Source of the DNA: Cereibacter sphaeroides 2.4.1
GTDB taxonomy: Bacteria; Pseudomonadota; Alphaproteobacteria; Rhodobacterales; Rhodobacteraceae
Direction of reading: 5' to 3'
Length of the DNA: 32,000 nt
Assembly (NCBI RefSeq): GCF_000012905.2
Contig: NC_007493.2
Coordinates: 3,150,001 to 3,182,000, forward strand
How positions within the stretch are numbered: position 1 is the stretch's first letter; each line of letters begins with the position of its first letter. Of the stretch, positions 18,698-26,899 are shown piece by piece. The translations under genes and the position numbers were made by a program. The notes beneath the pieces were generated by a model. It made no database searches. It had not been told where the DNA came from and saw nothing but the letters and a program-made list of their open reading frames with translations.

Positions 18698-18780
18698 GAC
18701 GTTCGTCCCCGTTTGGCCGAGCCATAGGGCAGATGCGCCCGTCGGGGAACCGGATTCTGGCGCAGGGCGCGGCTTTCCTG

Positions 18781-18808
18781 TTGCGGCGGCGGGCCGCCCC
18801 GCTATGGT
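18781..18808 (+). promoter_or_regulatory. Candidate sigma-70-type promoter for the thi leader
   Basis: TTGCGG (18781-18786), 16-nt spacer, TATGGT (18803-18808). This puts a start site a few nt before the riboswitch P1. Motif match only. Confidence 0.3.
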
Positions 18809-18811
18809 CTG

Positions 18812-18900
18812 TCCCACCTCGGGGTGCCCGCAAGGGCTGAGACGCTGCGCGCGAACCCGTTGAACCTGACCCGGTTAGGACCGGCGGAGGGAAGGTGCAT
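18812..18900 (+). promoter_or_regulatory. TPP (THI-box) riboswitch
   Basis: ...cacctcGGGGTGCCCgcaaGGGCTGAGAcgctgcgcgcgAACCCGTTGAACCTGACCCGGTTAGGACCGGCGGAGGGAAggtg. The CUGAGA bulge (18837-18842), the ACCUGA...CCGG..ACCGGCG helix and the closing P1 (cacct/aggtg) fit the THI element. It sits directly upstream of a thiamine ABC operon. Confidence 0.85.
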
Positions 18901-18943
18901 GGCTCCTCATCCCGTTCCGTTCCGCGTCGAAGAGGAGGATGAG

Positions 18944-19927
18944 ATGAGACTTCCGATCGTTGCTTCCTGTGTTGCGCTGGCTGCGGGAACGGCCGCGGCC
19001 GAGACGCCCGTGCTGACGGTGCTGACCTACGACAGCTTCACCTCGGAATGGGGTCCTGGCCCCGCGGTCGAGAAAGCCTTCGAGGAGACCTGCGCCTGCG
19101 ACCTGCGCTTCGTCGCCGCGGGCGACGGGGCGGCGCTTCTGGCGCGGCTCCAGCTCGAGGGCGCGCGGAGCGAGGCCGATGTGGTTCTGGGGCTCGACAC
19201 GAACCTCACGGCGGCGGCGGCCGCGACCGGCCTCTTCGCTCCGCACGGCGTGAGCACGCCGCTCGATCTGCCGGTGGCCTGGGAGGATCCGGTGTTCCTG
19301 CCCTTCGACTGGGGCTGGTTCGCCTTCGTCCATGACCGCAGGATGGAAGATGTGCCGGCCTCGTTCGAGGAGCTGGCGGCGTCGGACTCCAAGATCGTCA
19401 TCCAGGATCCGCGCAGCTCGACCCCGGGTCTGGGCCTTCTGATGTGGGTGGAGGCGGCCTACGGCGACCGCGCGCCCGAGATCTGGGAGGGGCTCGCCGA
19501 CAATATCGTGACGGTGACGCCCGGCTGGTCCGAGGCCTACGGCCTCTTCATGGAGGGCGAGGCCGACATGGTGCTGAGCTACACCACCTCGCCCGCCTAC
19601 CATCTGATCGCTGAGGAGGACGATACCAAGACTGCGGCCGCCTTCCGCGAGGGGCACTATCTGCAGGTCGAGGTGGCGGGCAAGCTGGCCGCGACCGACC
19701 AGCCGGAGCTGGCCGACCGCTTCATGGCCTTCCTGCTGGAGGAGCCGGTGCAGTCGGTGCTGCCCACGACGAACTGGATGTATCCGGCGAAGCTGCCCGC
19801 CGCGGGCCTGCCCGAGGGGTTCGAGACGCTGGTGCAGCCCGAGACCTCGCTTCTGCTGTCGGCTGACGAGGCGCTCGCCCTCCGGCCCGAGGCTCTGGCC
19901 GAATGGCAAGACGCGCTGGCGCGCTGA
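18944..19927 (+). CDS. thiB: Thiamine/TPP ABC transporter periplasmic binding protein
   Basis: ATG at 18944 after GAGGAGGA. Signal peptide MRLPIVASCVALAAGTAAAE. SBP family 1 fold motifs. Context is the TPP riboswitch upstream and thiP/thiQ downstream. Confidence 0.88.
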   Translation: MRLPIVASCVALAAGTAAAETPVLTVLTYDSFTSEWGPGPAVEKAFEETCACDLRFVAAGDGAALLARLQLEGARSEADVVLGLDTNLTAAAAATGLFAPHGVSTPLDLPVAWEDPVFLPFDWGWFAFVHDRRMEDVPASFEELAASDSKIVIQDPRSSTPGLGLLMWVEAAYGDRAPEIWEGLADNIVTVTPGWSEAYGLFMEGEADMVLSYTTSPAYHLIAEEDDTKTAAAFREGHYLQVEVAGKLAATDQPELADRFMAFLLEEPVQSVLPTTNWMYPAKLPAAGLPEGFETLVQPETSLLLSADEALALRPEALAEWQDALAR

Positions 19928-21417
19928 TCGTCGCCGCGGCGCTGGCCGCGCTGACGCTGGGCCCGCTCGCGCTCGTGATGGCGCGGGCGGGCGGCGGCGC
20001 GCTCGGTCCGGCCGATTGGGCGGCAGTGCGCTTCACCGTCCTGCAGGCGGCACTGTCTGCGGTGGTCTCGGTTCTGCTGGCGGTGCCGGTGGCCCGCGCG
20101 CTCGCCCGCCGCAGCTTCCCCGGCCGTCGACTGATGATCGCGCTGCTGGGCGCGCCCTTCCTGCTGCCGGTGATCGTGGCGGTCCTTGGGCTGATCGCGG
20201 TTTTCGGCCGGGCGGGGCTGCTGAACCGGGGGCTCGAGGCCGTGGGCCTGCCCGCGCTTTCGATCTACGGGCTCCACGGTGTCGTGCTGGCCCATGTCTT
20301 CTTCAACATGCCCTTCGCCGTCCGGCTGATCCTGCAGGGCTGGCTCGCGATCCCGTCCGAGCGTTTCCGGCTGGCGGCCGCGCTCGGCTTCCGGCCGGCC
20401 GATGTGGCGCGGCATCTGGAATGGCCGATGCTGCGGGCGGTGGTGCCGGGCGTGGCGCTGGTGGTCTTCGTGATCTGCCTGTCGAGCTTCGCCGTGGCCC
20501 TGACGCTGGGCGGCGGCCCGCGGGCCACGACGGTGGAGCTTGCGATCTATCAGGCCCTGCGGTTCGAGTTCGACCTGGGCCGCGCGGCGCTGCTGGCTGC
20601 GCTGCAATTCGCACTCTGCGGGGCAGCGGTGCTGGCCACTGGCGCCCTGTCGCTGCCCTCGGCCTTCGGCGCAGGGCTCGACCGCGCGCCTGTGCCCCTC
20701 GCGCCGGGGGGCTGGCGGCGCGGGGCGGACGGCTTGGCGCTGGCGCTGGCCGCGGCTTTCCTCCTTCTGCCGCTCGGCATGGTCGCCGCGCGCGGGGCGC
20801 CGGGGCTTCTCCATCTGCCGTCCGATGTCTGGGCCGCGGCGGGCCGGTCGCTCGCGGTGGCACTGCCCTCGGCCGCCCTCTCGGTGACCGGCGCGCTGGT
20901 GCTGGCGCTGGCGGGCCCCCGCTTCGGGCTGGTGGCGACCCTGCCGCTCGCCGCCTCCTCGCTCGTCCTCGGCACCGGGCTGTTCCTTGCTGTCCATCCC
21001 GTCCTCAATCCGACGCTGGTCGCGCTGCCGGTGACGATGCTCGTCAATGCCACGCTCACGCTGCCCTTCGCCTATCGCATCCTCGCACCCGAGGCGCGCG
21101 CGCTTGAGGCCGATTACGGCCGGCTCGCCGCGGCTCTGGGCCTTGGCGGCATGGCGCGGCTGCGCTGGCTCACGCTGCCGCGGCTGCGCCGTCCGCTGGG
21201 CTTCGCTCTGGGCGTGGCGTCGGCGCTGGCGATGGGGGATCTGGGCGTCATCGCGCTCTTTGCCGCCGAGGGGGGCGCCACGCTGCCGCTTCTCGTCCAG
21301 CGGCTGATGGGTGCCTACCGGCTGGAAGAGGCGGCGGGGGCGGCGCTGCTTCTGGTGCTCACGAGCTTCGCCCTCTTCTGGATCTTCGACCGCGGAGGCC
21401 GCCATGCTGCATCTTGA
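19903..21417 (+). CDS. thiP: Thiamine ABC transporter permease (duplicated BPD_transp_1 domains)
   Basis: 504-aa polytopic protein with two permease halves. It overlaps the thiB end by 25 nt if the ATG at 19903 is used. Confidence 0.85.
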   Translation: MARRAGALIVAAALAALTLGPLALVMARAGGGALGPADWAAVRFTVLQAALSAVVSVLLAVPVARALARRSFPGRRLMIALLGAPFLLPVIVAVLGLIAVFGRAGLLNRGLEAVGLPALSIYGLHGVVLAHVFFNMPFAVRLILQGWLAIPSERFRLAAALGFRPADVARHLEWPMLRAVVPGVALVVFVICLSSFAVALTLGGGPRATTVELAIYQALRFEFDLGRAALLAALQFALCGAAVLATGALSLPSAFGAGLDRAPVPLAPGGWRRGADGLALALAAAFLLLPLGMVAARGAPGLLHLPSDVWAAAGRSLAVALPSAALSVTGALVLALAGPRFGLVATLPLAASSLVLGTGLFLAVHPVLNPTLVALPVTMLVNATLTLPFAYRILAPEARALEADYGRLAAALGLGGMARLRWLTLPRLRRPLGFALGVASALAMGDLGVIALFAAEGGATLPLLVQRLMGAYRLEEAAGAALLLVLTSFALFWIFDRGGRHAAS

Positions 21418-22099
21418 CCGCCTGCTGATCCGGCAGGGCGATTTCACGCTCCGCGCCGATGCCACGGCCTGCGCGGGCGAGCGGATCGCGGTGATCGGGC
21501 CGTCGGGCGGGGGCAAGTCCACGCTCCTCATGGCGATCGCGGGCTTCCTCGCCCCGGCCGAGGGGCGCATCCTCTGGCAGGGCCGGGATCTCGGCCCGCT
21601 CGGTCCCGGCGAGCGGCAGGTGAGCCTTCTGTTTCAGGACCAGAATCTCTTCCCGCATCTCACGCTGCGTGAAAATCTGGGGCTCGGGATCTCGCCCGCC
21701 CTGCGGCTTGCGGCCGGAGACCGCGCGCGGATCGCCGAGGCGCTGGAGCGTGTGGGTCTTGCGGGTCTCGGGGAGGCGAAGCCGGGGCGGCTCTCGGGAG
21801 GGCAGCAGGGGCGGGCGGCGCTCGCCCGGGCGCTCCTGCGGGCGCGGCCGATCCTGCTCCTCGACGAGCCCTTCGCCGCGCTCGGGCCCGCGCTCAAGGC
21901 CGAGATGCTGGCGCTCGTCTCCGAGATCGCGGCCGAGACCGGGGCCACGGTGCTGATGGTCACGCACGACCCCGAGGATGCGCGCCGCTTCGCCCACCGC
22001 ACCATCCTCGTGGCGGACGGTCGGGCCGAGGCGCCGCAGCCGACGGCGGCGCTTTTTGCCGATCCGCCGCCGGCACTCCGCGCCTACCTCGGCCCCTGA
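21404..22099 (+). CDS. thiQ: Thiamine ABC transporter ATP-binding protein
   Basis: Walker A GPSGGGKST, signature LSGGQQGR, Walker B ILLLDEP. The ATG at 21404 overlaps the thiP end by 14 nt. Confidence 0.88.
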   Translation: MLHLDRLLIRQGDFTLRADATACAGERIAVIGPSGGGKSTLLMAIAGFLAPAEGRILWQGRDLGPLGPGERQVSLLFQDQNLFPHLTLRENLGLGISPALRLAAGDRARIAEALERVGLAGLGEAKPGRLSGGQQGRAALARALLRARPILLLDEPFAALGPALKAEMLALVSEIAAETGATVLMVTHDPEDARRFAHRTILVADGRAEAPQPTAALFADPPPALRAYLGP

Positions 22100-22103
22100 A
22101 CGG

Positions 22104-22128
22104 AAAAGGCCCCGCCGAAGCGGGGCCT
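22104..22128 (-). terminator. Rho-independent terminator of the petABC (fbcFBC) operon, shared hairpin with convergent thiQ
   Basis: The minus strand reads AGGCCCCGC-ttcg-GCGGGGCCT followed by TTT. This is a 9-bp stem with a tetraloop, 20 nt after the petC stop. Confidence 0.7.
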
Positions 22129-22148
22129 GTCCTCATCGATCCCGGGGA

Positions 22149-23006
22149 TCAGACGTTCGTCTTCTTCTTGCCCTTCACGCCGGCCCAGAGCCGCTTGTTC
22201 GTGAGGTAGAGCAGCACCGACAGCACGGTCAGGAACATGACGGCGGTGAAGCCGGCCTGCTTGCGGGCCATCAGCTTCGGTTCGGCCGCCCACATCAGGA
22301 AGGCCGAGACGTCTTCTGCCATCGCATGAACGCTGGCGTCGTGGCCGTCGGCATATTCCACCAGATCGTCCATGAGCGGAGGCGGCATGGCGATCCACGA
22401 GCCGGCGGTGGTCTTCACGCCGTTCGCGTCCTTGCAGGTGTCGGGGACCGAACCGTTCTGGAAGGCGCGGTTGTAGTAGAAGCCGTCCGGCTCATGGCCT
22501 TCGGCGCATTTCGGCGGCTCTTCCGGGAAGCCCGTCAGCACCGAGTAGATGTATTCCGGCCCGCCGATGCCGTTGAAGAGCTGGCTGATGCCGGTGCCCA
22601 TCGGGCCGTGGAAGCCCGCCCGCGCCTTCGCCATGAGCGAGAGGTCGGGCGCGTTCTCCAGCGCCGAATGGGGGAAGTGGTCGGTGGGCTTGCCCTCGCG
22701 GTCCTCACCCGTTTCCTCGTCGGTCACGGTGAACTGCGTGGCATAGGCCCGGACCTGATCCTCGGGCAGCTCGGGGCCGCCCGGTTCCGACAGGCTGCGG
22801 ATCGGGACGAACTTCATCCCGTGGCAGGCTGCGCAGACCTCGGTATAGACCTGCAGGCCCCGCTGGAGCTGGTGCTGGTCGAAGGTTCCGAACGGGCCCT
22901 CGAACGAGAAGGGCACGTCCTCGACATGGCCGCCGCCGGCCGCCATCGCCGCGCCGCCCGAGAGGGCGAGCGCCGTGGCGGCTGTGAGAGTGAGTTTGCG
23001 GATCAT
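22149..23006 (-). CDS. petC: Cytochrome c1 of the cytochrome bc1 complex
   Basis: [22 protein letters not shown] signal peptide, heme motif CAACH, C-terminal TM anchor [17 protein letters not shown]. 285 aa. It is embedded in the artefactual 693-aa track ORF. Confidence 0.97.
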   Translation of the reverse strand: MIRKLTLTAATALALSGGAAMAAGGGHVEDVPFSFEGPFGTFDQHQLQRGLQVYTEVCAACHGMKFVPIRSLSEPGGPELPEDQVRAYATQFTVTDEETGEDREGKPTDHFPHSALENAPDLSLMAKARAGFHGPMGTGISQLFNGIGGPEYIYSVLTGFPEEPPKCAEGHEPDGFYYNRAFQNGSVPDTCKDANGVKTTAGSWIAMPPPLMDDLVEYADGHDASVHAMAEDVSAFLMWAAEPKLMARKQAGFTAVMFLTVLSVLLYLTNKRLWAGVKGKKKTNV

Positions 23007-23023
23007 CGTCACTGTCCTTTCCC

Positions 23024-24361
23024 TTACTCTGCCACGACCGTTTTCGTGCCGCCGGTCGCCGGCGAGTAGTGGGCGTTGAAGTCTTCTTCGATGGTCGCGG
23101 GCGGAGCCACCGGCTTCTCGATCGCGCCGAGGATCGGCAGGATCACCAGGAAGTAGGCGAACCAGTAGGCCGATGCGATGAGCGAGATCCAGTCGTAGGG
23201 GAAGGTGGTCTGCTGGGCGCCGACCCAGGTCAGGATCACGAAGTCCGCCGCGAGCAGCCAGAAGTAGATCTTGAACATCGGGCGGTAGCGCCCCGACCGC
23301 ACCGGCGAGGTGTCGAGCCACGGCACCAGCGCCATCACGAGGATCGCGCCGAACATCGCGAGCACGCCGAAGAACTTGGCGTCGATGATGCCGAAGCTGA
23401 TGAAGTTGGCGATCTGCACCACCCAGACGTCGGCGGTGAAGGCGCGCAGGATCGCGTAGAAGGGCAGGAAGTACCATTCCGGCACGATGTGCGCGGGCGT
23501 CGAGAGCGGGTTCGCCTCGATGTAGTTGTCGGGGTGGCCGAGGTAGTTCGGCATGAAGCCCACGATGGCGAAGAACACCAGCAGGACGACGGCCAGGGCG
23601 AAGACGTCCTTGATGATGAAGTAGGGCCAGAACGGAACCGTGTCCTTCTGGGCTTCCGCCTTCGAGGTGCGGCGCACTTCGACGCCGGTCGGGTTGTTGT
23701 TGCCCGTCGAGTGGAAGGCCCAGATGTGGATGGCCACGAGGGCCGCGATCACGAAGGGCAGCAGGTAGTGCAGCGAGAAGAAGCGGTTGAGCGTGGCATT
23801 GTCCACCGCCGGGCCGCCGAGCAGCCAGGTCTGGATCGAATGGCCGATGCCCGGGATCGCGCCGAAGAGGCCGGTGATCACGGTGGCGCCCCAGAAGGAC
23901 ATCTGGCCCCACGGCAGCACGTAGCCCATGAAGGCGGTCGCCATCATCGCGAGATAGATGAGCATCCCCACGATCCAGGTGACCTCGCGCGGCGCCTTGT
24001 AGCTGCCGTAGTAGAGGCCGCGGAAGATGTGCAGATAGACCGCGATGAAGAACAGCGAGGCGCCGTTCGCATGCAGGTAGCGCAGCATGAAGCCGCCGTT
24101 CACGTTGCGCATGATGTGCTCGACCGAGGCGAAGGCCAGGTCGACATGCGGCGTGTAATGCATCGCAAGCACGATGCCGGTGACGATCTGCAGCACGAGA
24201 CAGAAGGCGAGGACGACGCCCCAGATCCACATCCAGTTCAGGTTTCTGGGGGTGGGGATCATGATGGTGTCATAAGCCAGCGCGACAATCGGCAGCCGGC
24301 TGTGCAGCCACTTCTCGATGCCCGTCCGCGGCTCGTAATGGTCGTGAGGGATTCCGGACAT
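23024..24361 (-). CDS. petB: Cytochrome b of the cytochrome bc1 complex
   Basis: [24 protein letters not shown]... 445 aa. Heme-ligand His pairs and the PEWYFLPFY Qo motif. AAGGAA RBS lies 10 nt after the petA stop. Confidence 0.97.
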   Translation of the reverse strand: MSGIPHDHYEPRTGIEKWLHSRLPIVALAYDTIMIPTPRNLNWMWIWGVVLAFCLVLQIVTGIVLAMHYTPHVDLAFASVEHIMRNVNGGFMLRYLHANGASLFFIAVYLHIFRGLYYGSYKAPREVTWIVGMLIYLAMMATAFMGYVLPWGQMSFWGATVITGLFGAIPGIGHSIQTWLLGGPAVDNATLNRFFSLHYLLPFVIAALVAIHIWAFHSTGNNNPTGVEVRRTSKAEAQKDTVPFWPYFIIKDVFALAVVLLVFFAIVGFMPNYLGHPDNYIEANPLSTPAHIVPEWYFLPFYAILRAFTADVWVVQIANFISFGIIDAKFFGVLAMFGAILVMALVPWLDTSPVRSGRYRPMFKIYFWLLAADFVILTWVGAQQTTFPYDWISLIASAYWFAYFLVILPILGAIEKPVAPPATIEEDFNAHYSPATGGTKTVVAE

Positions 24362-24371
24362 GGCGTGTTCC

Positions 24372-24935
24372 TTACCCGAGCTGGATGGTGGTTTCGTCGA
24401 TGAACTTGGCGAGCGGAATCGGCAGGTTCTCGGGCGCGGGGCCCTTCCGGATACGGCCGGCACTGTCGTAGTGCGATCCGTGGCAGGGGCAGAACCAGCC
24501 CCCGAAGTCACCCGACACGCCGCCGATCGGCACGCAGCCGAGGTGGGTGCAGACGCCCCACATCACCAGCCACTCTCCGGCCTCGTCCAGCGTGCGGTTC
24601 TGGTCCGTCGCCTCGGCGCCGGCGTCGATGTTCGCGTTGCGGGCATTGGTGTCGACCAGCTGGCCGAGCTGGACGGAGCGGCCGAGCTCGATGTCGGCCT
24701 CGGTGCGGCGGCGGATGAAGATCGGTTTGCCGAGGAACTTGACGGTCAGCTGGACACCCGGCTCGACCGAGCTCACATCGACGAAGATGGAGGCGAGGGC
24801 CTGCACGTCGGCCGACGGATTCATTTGGTTGATCAGCGGCCAGACGGCGGCCCCGGTGGCCACCGCCCCGGCTCCGGCCGTGGCGTAATACAGGAAATCC
24901 CTGCGAGTGCCTGCGTGATCTTCTGCGTTGGACAC
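24372..24935 (-). CDS. petA: Rieske [2Fe-2S] subunit of the cytochrome bc1 complex
   Basis: GTG start at 24935 gives (M)[22 protein letters not shown], a Tat-type RRDF motif. Cluster boxes CTHLGCVP and CPCHGSHY. 187 aa. Confidence 0.97.
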   Translation of the reverse strand: MSNAEDHAGTRRDFLYYATAGAGAVATGAAVWPLINQMNPSADVQALASIFVDVSSVEPGVQLTVKFLGKPIFIRRRTEADIELGRSVQLGQLVDTNARNANIDAGAEATDQNRTLDEAGEWLVMWGVCTHLGCVPIGGVSGDFGGWFCPCHGSHYDSAGRIRKGPAPENLPIPLAKFIDETTIQLG

Positions 24936-25392
24936 GAGAACTTCTCCCTTCCTCGGGCCGCTGCAGGCCCACAAGATGACCGGGCCGCGGTCAAACGCAG
25001 CCTTGCCTGTCGCCTTCTAATTGCCATGCGGCGTTGCGTCCAGCGGACAAACAGGCGCAGCAGGCAATTGGCACAGGCTCTTGCTGCCCTTTTGCCACCC
25101 TTTCGGCCGCCTCCGGTGCCGCGGGAATCGGCAGCTCCGGCGCGGGAGCGGGACCGGAGGTGCGCGGCGTCTCCCGGAGCGGTGCGGCCCGTCGGGGCGC
25201 AGGCAGGGGAGGGGTTCGAGACGGCGGCAGGCGCGGGGGCCGGTGACCCTCGTGAAGGACGCGCCCGCCCGCGCTTCCGGAGGGGCTCGGTTCCGGCAGG
25301 CTTCGCGAGGGCGCGGCAGAGCCTCGCCCGCCCCGGTCACGATTGCGTGTTCCGGTCTTCCGAAAGCGGCCGATCCACCCCCGCGGGGAAAC

Positions 25393-25425
25393 GGCCTGTC
25401 ATTCGCGCTTCGTGAATGACAGGCC
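25393..25425 (-). terminator. Terminator-like hairpin 16 nt downstream of the GST gene
   Basis: Perfect 12-bp stem ggcctgtcattc (25393-25404) / gaatgacaggcc (25414-25425) with a 9-nt loop. On the minus strand it is followed only by a weak T tract (gtttcccc). Confidence 0.55.
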
Positions 25426-25440
25426 CCGGGACGGTGGCGG

Positions 25441-26049
25441 TCAGGCGACGGGAACGGTCGCTAGCATCGAGGAGCGCTGGCTGAAACTCCCGGCCCACTC
25501 GGCGAGGAGCGGGCGCGCGGCGCGCCAGTCGCGCGGGCCATGGCGGAAGTCGAGATAGTCGAGCGCGCAGCCCATGGCGATCTGGCCGATGTCGAGCGGC
25601 CCCTGCAGCTGGCTCATCCAGCGGGCCTCGACCGCCTCGAGCGCGCGGGCGATCTTGCTCCACTGGCCCTCGACCCAGGGCTCGTGCCGCTTCTCTTCGG
25701 GGCGGATGCGGGATTCGTAGACCATCAGCACGGCCGCCTCGAGGATGCCGTCCGCCGTCGCTTCCAGCGTCAGCGCATCCCAGAGCCGGGGCGCCGCCGG
25801 ATAGAGGCCGGCGTTGGCCACGCTGTCGAGATAGCGGCAGATCACCCGGCTGTCGTAGAGCGCGGGCCCGTCGTCCCGCGCGAGCACCGGGATCTTGCCC
25901 AGCGGATTGAGCGCGAGCGGCAGGTTGCCCGGATCGACGGGCGTGCCGCCCGAGAGGATCCGCTCGACCTTTCCGAACAGGCCGGTCTCGTGCAGCACGA
26001 CATCGACCTTGCGCACGAAGGGCGAGGTCGCGGAAGCGTAAAGGCGCAT
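25441..26049 (-). CDS. Glutathione S-transferase family protein
   Basis: MRLYASATSPFVRKVDVVLHETG...GKIPVL...LYDSRVICRYLD is the thioredoxin-like GST N-domain with a catalytic Ser/Pro motif. 202 aa from the ATG at 26049. Confidence 0.85.
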   Translation of the reverse strand: MRLYASATSPFVRKVDVVLHETGLFGKVERILSGGTPVDPGNLPLALNPLGKIPVLARDDGPALYDSRVICRYLDSVANAGLYPAAPRLWDALTLEATADGILEAAVLMVYESRIRPEEKRHEPWVEGQWSKIARALEAVEARWMSQLQGPLDIGQIAMGCALDYLDFRHGPRDWRAARPLLAEWAGSFSQRSSMLATVPVA

Positions 26050-26053
26050 GGGC

Positions 26054-26347
26054 TCAGGTTCTCCGGATGCGAAGCCGGGCCAGCCAGGCCGCATCGATCT
26101 CGACGCCCCCGCCCGCCCAGGTCAGGGTGCGCCGGAAGCGGCCGGCGGCGTTGGTCTGCCGTGCGCCCTCGAGGGCGCGGTCGGCCGGGCGGTGCAGCGA
26201 CAGGCCCTCGCCCAGATCGTCGAGCGCATCCTCGGCGCGCTGATCGGTGCGGCCGGGCACGAGCGCGCGCCGGACGAGCCAGACCGCGCCGGCAACGGCG
26301 CCGGTGCGCAGGGCGAAGGCCGCGAGCGGAACGAGGGGAAGGGGCAT
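26054..26347 (-). CDS. Hypothetical 97-aa protein with one N-terminal TM helix
   Basis: ATG at 26347 is preceded by GAGGAGG (26353-26359 on the minus strand). MPLPLVPLAAFALRTGAVAGAVWLV is the TM segment. The stop lies 4 nt before the GST start. No family recognised. Confidence 0.55.
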   Translation of the reverse strand: MPLPLVPLAAFALRTGAVAGAVWLVRRALVPGRTDQRAEDALDDLGEGLSLHRPADRALEGARQTNAAGRFRRTLTWAGGGVEIDAAWLARLRIRRT

Positions 26348-26421
26348 CGGGACCTCCTCTGTCGGTCCCGGAATGGTAGGGCGGTCCGGCGCCGCTGGCA
26401 ACTCCGGCCCGCCTGACAGGA

Positions 26422-26454
26422 AAAGGCCGCCACGGGAGGTCCCGGGCGGCCTTT
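26422..26454 (-). terminator. Rho-independent terminator after rpmJ
   Basis: The minus strand reads AAAGGCCGCC-CGGGA-cc-TCCCG-(t)-GGCGGCCTTT followed by TCC. Long, nearly perfect hairpin plus T tract, 23 nt after the L36 stop. Confidence 0.6.
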
Positions 26455-26477
26455 CTGTCCCTCGAAGTCCGAAGCGA

Positions 26478-26603
26478 TCAGCCCTGGCGGGCCTTGTAAC
26501 GCTTCTGCGTCTTGTTGATCACATAGACGCGGCCCTTGCGGCGCACGACCTGGCAGTCGCGGTGGCGCAGCTTGAGCGAGCGGAGCGAGTTCGCAACCTT
26601 CAT
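26478..26603 (-). CDS. rpmJ: 50S ribosomal protein L36
   Basis: Reverse complement translates to [41 protein letters not shown] (41 aa), the alphaproteobacterial L36 pattern. GGGAGAAG RBS. Below the ORF track's length cut-off. Confidence 0.9.
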   Translation of the reverse strand: MKVANSLRSLKLRHRDCQVVRRKGRVYVINKTQKRYKARQG

Positions 26604-26638
26604 CTCTCTTCTCCCTTTCGCGGCGCGCGTGCGCCTTG

Positions 26639-26665
26639 AAAAAACGATGCCCCCGAACCGGGGGC
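26639..26665 (-). terminator. Hairpin plus T6 between tRNA-Val and rpmJ
   Basis: The minus strand reads GCCCCCG-gtt-CGGGGGC (26665-26649), then atcg, then TTTTTT (26644-26639). Confidence 0.65.
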
Positions 26666-26672
26666 GGTGAAA

Positions 26673-26747
26673 TGGTGGGCGGTACTGGGATCGAACCAGT
26701 GGCCACTACGATGTCAACGTAGTGCTCTACCGCTGAGCTAACCGCCC
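26673..26747 (-). tRNA. tRNA-Val (anticodon GAC), CCA encoded
   Basis: The reverse complement folds as a cloverleaf: GGGCGGT-TA-GCTC-AGCGGTA-GAGC-A-CTACG-TTGACAT-CGTAG-TGGCC-ACTGG-TTCGATC-CCAGT-ACCGCCC-A-CCA. 7-bp acceptor stem, GAC at positions 34-36, TTCGATC T-loop. 75 nt. Confidence 0.93.
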
Positions 26748-26817
26748 ACTCTGACATGCGCGCCACACCTGTTCCGCGCGAGGCGGTCGACCGGGCGGCG
26801 CCCCGTCGGTGGGCTGC

Positions 26818-26846
26818 TCTATAAATAGAGTCGGCGGGGTGTTCAA
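26818..26846 (-). promoter_or_regulatory. Candidate sigma-70 promoter for tRNA-Val (and possibly rpmJ)
   Basis: The minus strand reads TTGAAC (26846-26841), 17-nt spacer, TATAGA (26823-18). The -10 lies inside the 14-bp perfect palindrome ctctataaatagag (26817-26830). Motif match only. Confidence 0.45.
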
Positions 26847-26899
26847 GGGGTTTTGGAGAGCTAGAAAATGAAGCACTATCGGGCGGTGAAGGAAGCCAG

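Noticed and set aside
16272-18833. 853-aa minus-strand ORF, together with other very long track ORFs: 1704-4082(+) 792 aa, 16763-18727(+) 654 aa, 19657-21570(-) 637 aa, 4835-5965(-) 376 aa, 9108-10289(-) 393 aa, 7199-8515(-) 438 aa and 27797-29053(+) 418 aa.
   Set aside because: These are GC-driven shadow frames. Their translations are dominated by Arg/Gly/Ala/Pro/His runs with no recognisable motifs. Each overlaps, out of frame or antisense, a gene with clear family signatures (HU, EamA, aroC, MFS, GT4, thiP, asd, M17, dinB).
18853-18866. GAAC-N5-GAAC (gaacccgttgaac), which resembles half of an alphaproteobacterial LexA box.
   Set aside because: The spacing is 5, not 7, and the sequence is part of the conserved TPP riboswitch core.
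22149-24230. 693-aa ORF fusing cytochrome c1 with upstream sequence.
   Set aside because: The authentic petC begins at ATG 23006 with its signal peptide. The upstream part is an out-of-frame read through petB, which is unambiguous in its own frame (23024-24361).
25069-25084. Sigma-54-like element TGGCAC-aggctc-TTGC on the plus strand in the petA upstream spacer.
   Set aside because: The spacing is N6, not the strict N5 between TGGCAC and TTGC. It points away from petA toward a stretch with no coding periodicity. It is probably a chance match and is only worth noting if a plus-strand transcript is found at 25100-25400.
25017-25419. Track ORFs inside the petA/GST spacer: 25021-25419(+), 25034-25246(+) and 25017-25340(-).
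   Set aside because: My hand count of A/T by codon phase over 25141-25320 is flat (11/14/11). The translations are Arg/Gly/Pro/Ala strings. No SD-like sequences precede them.
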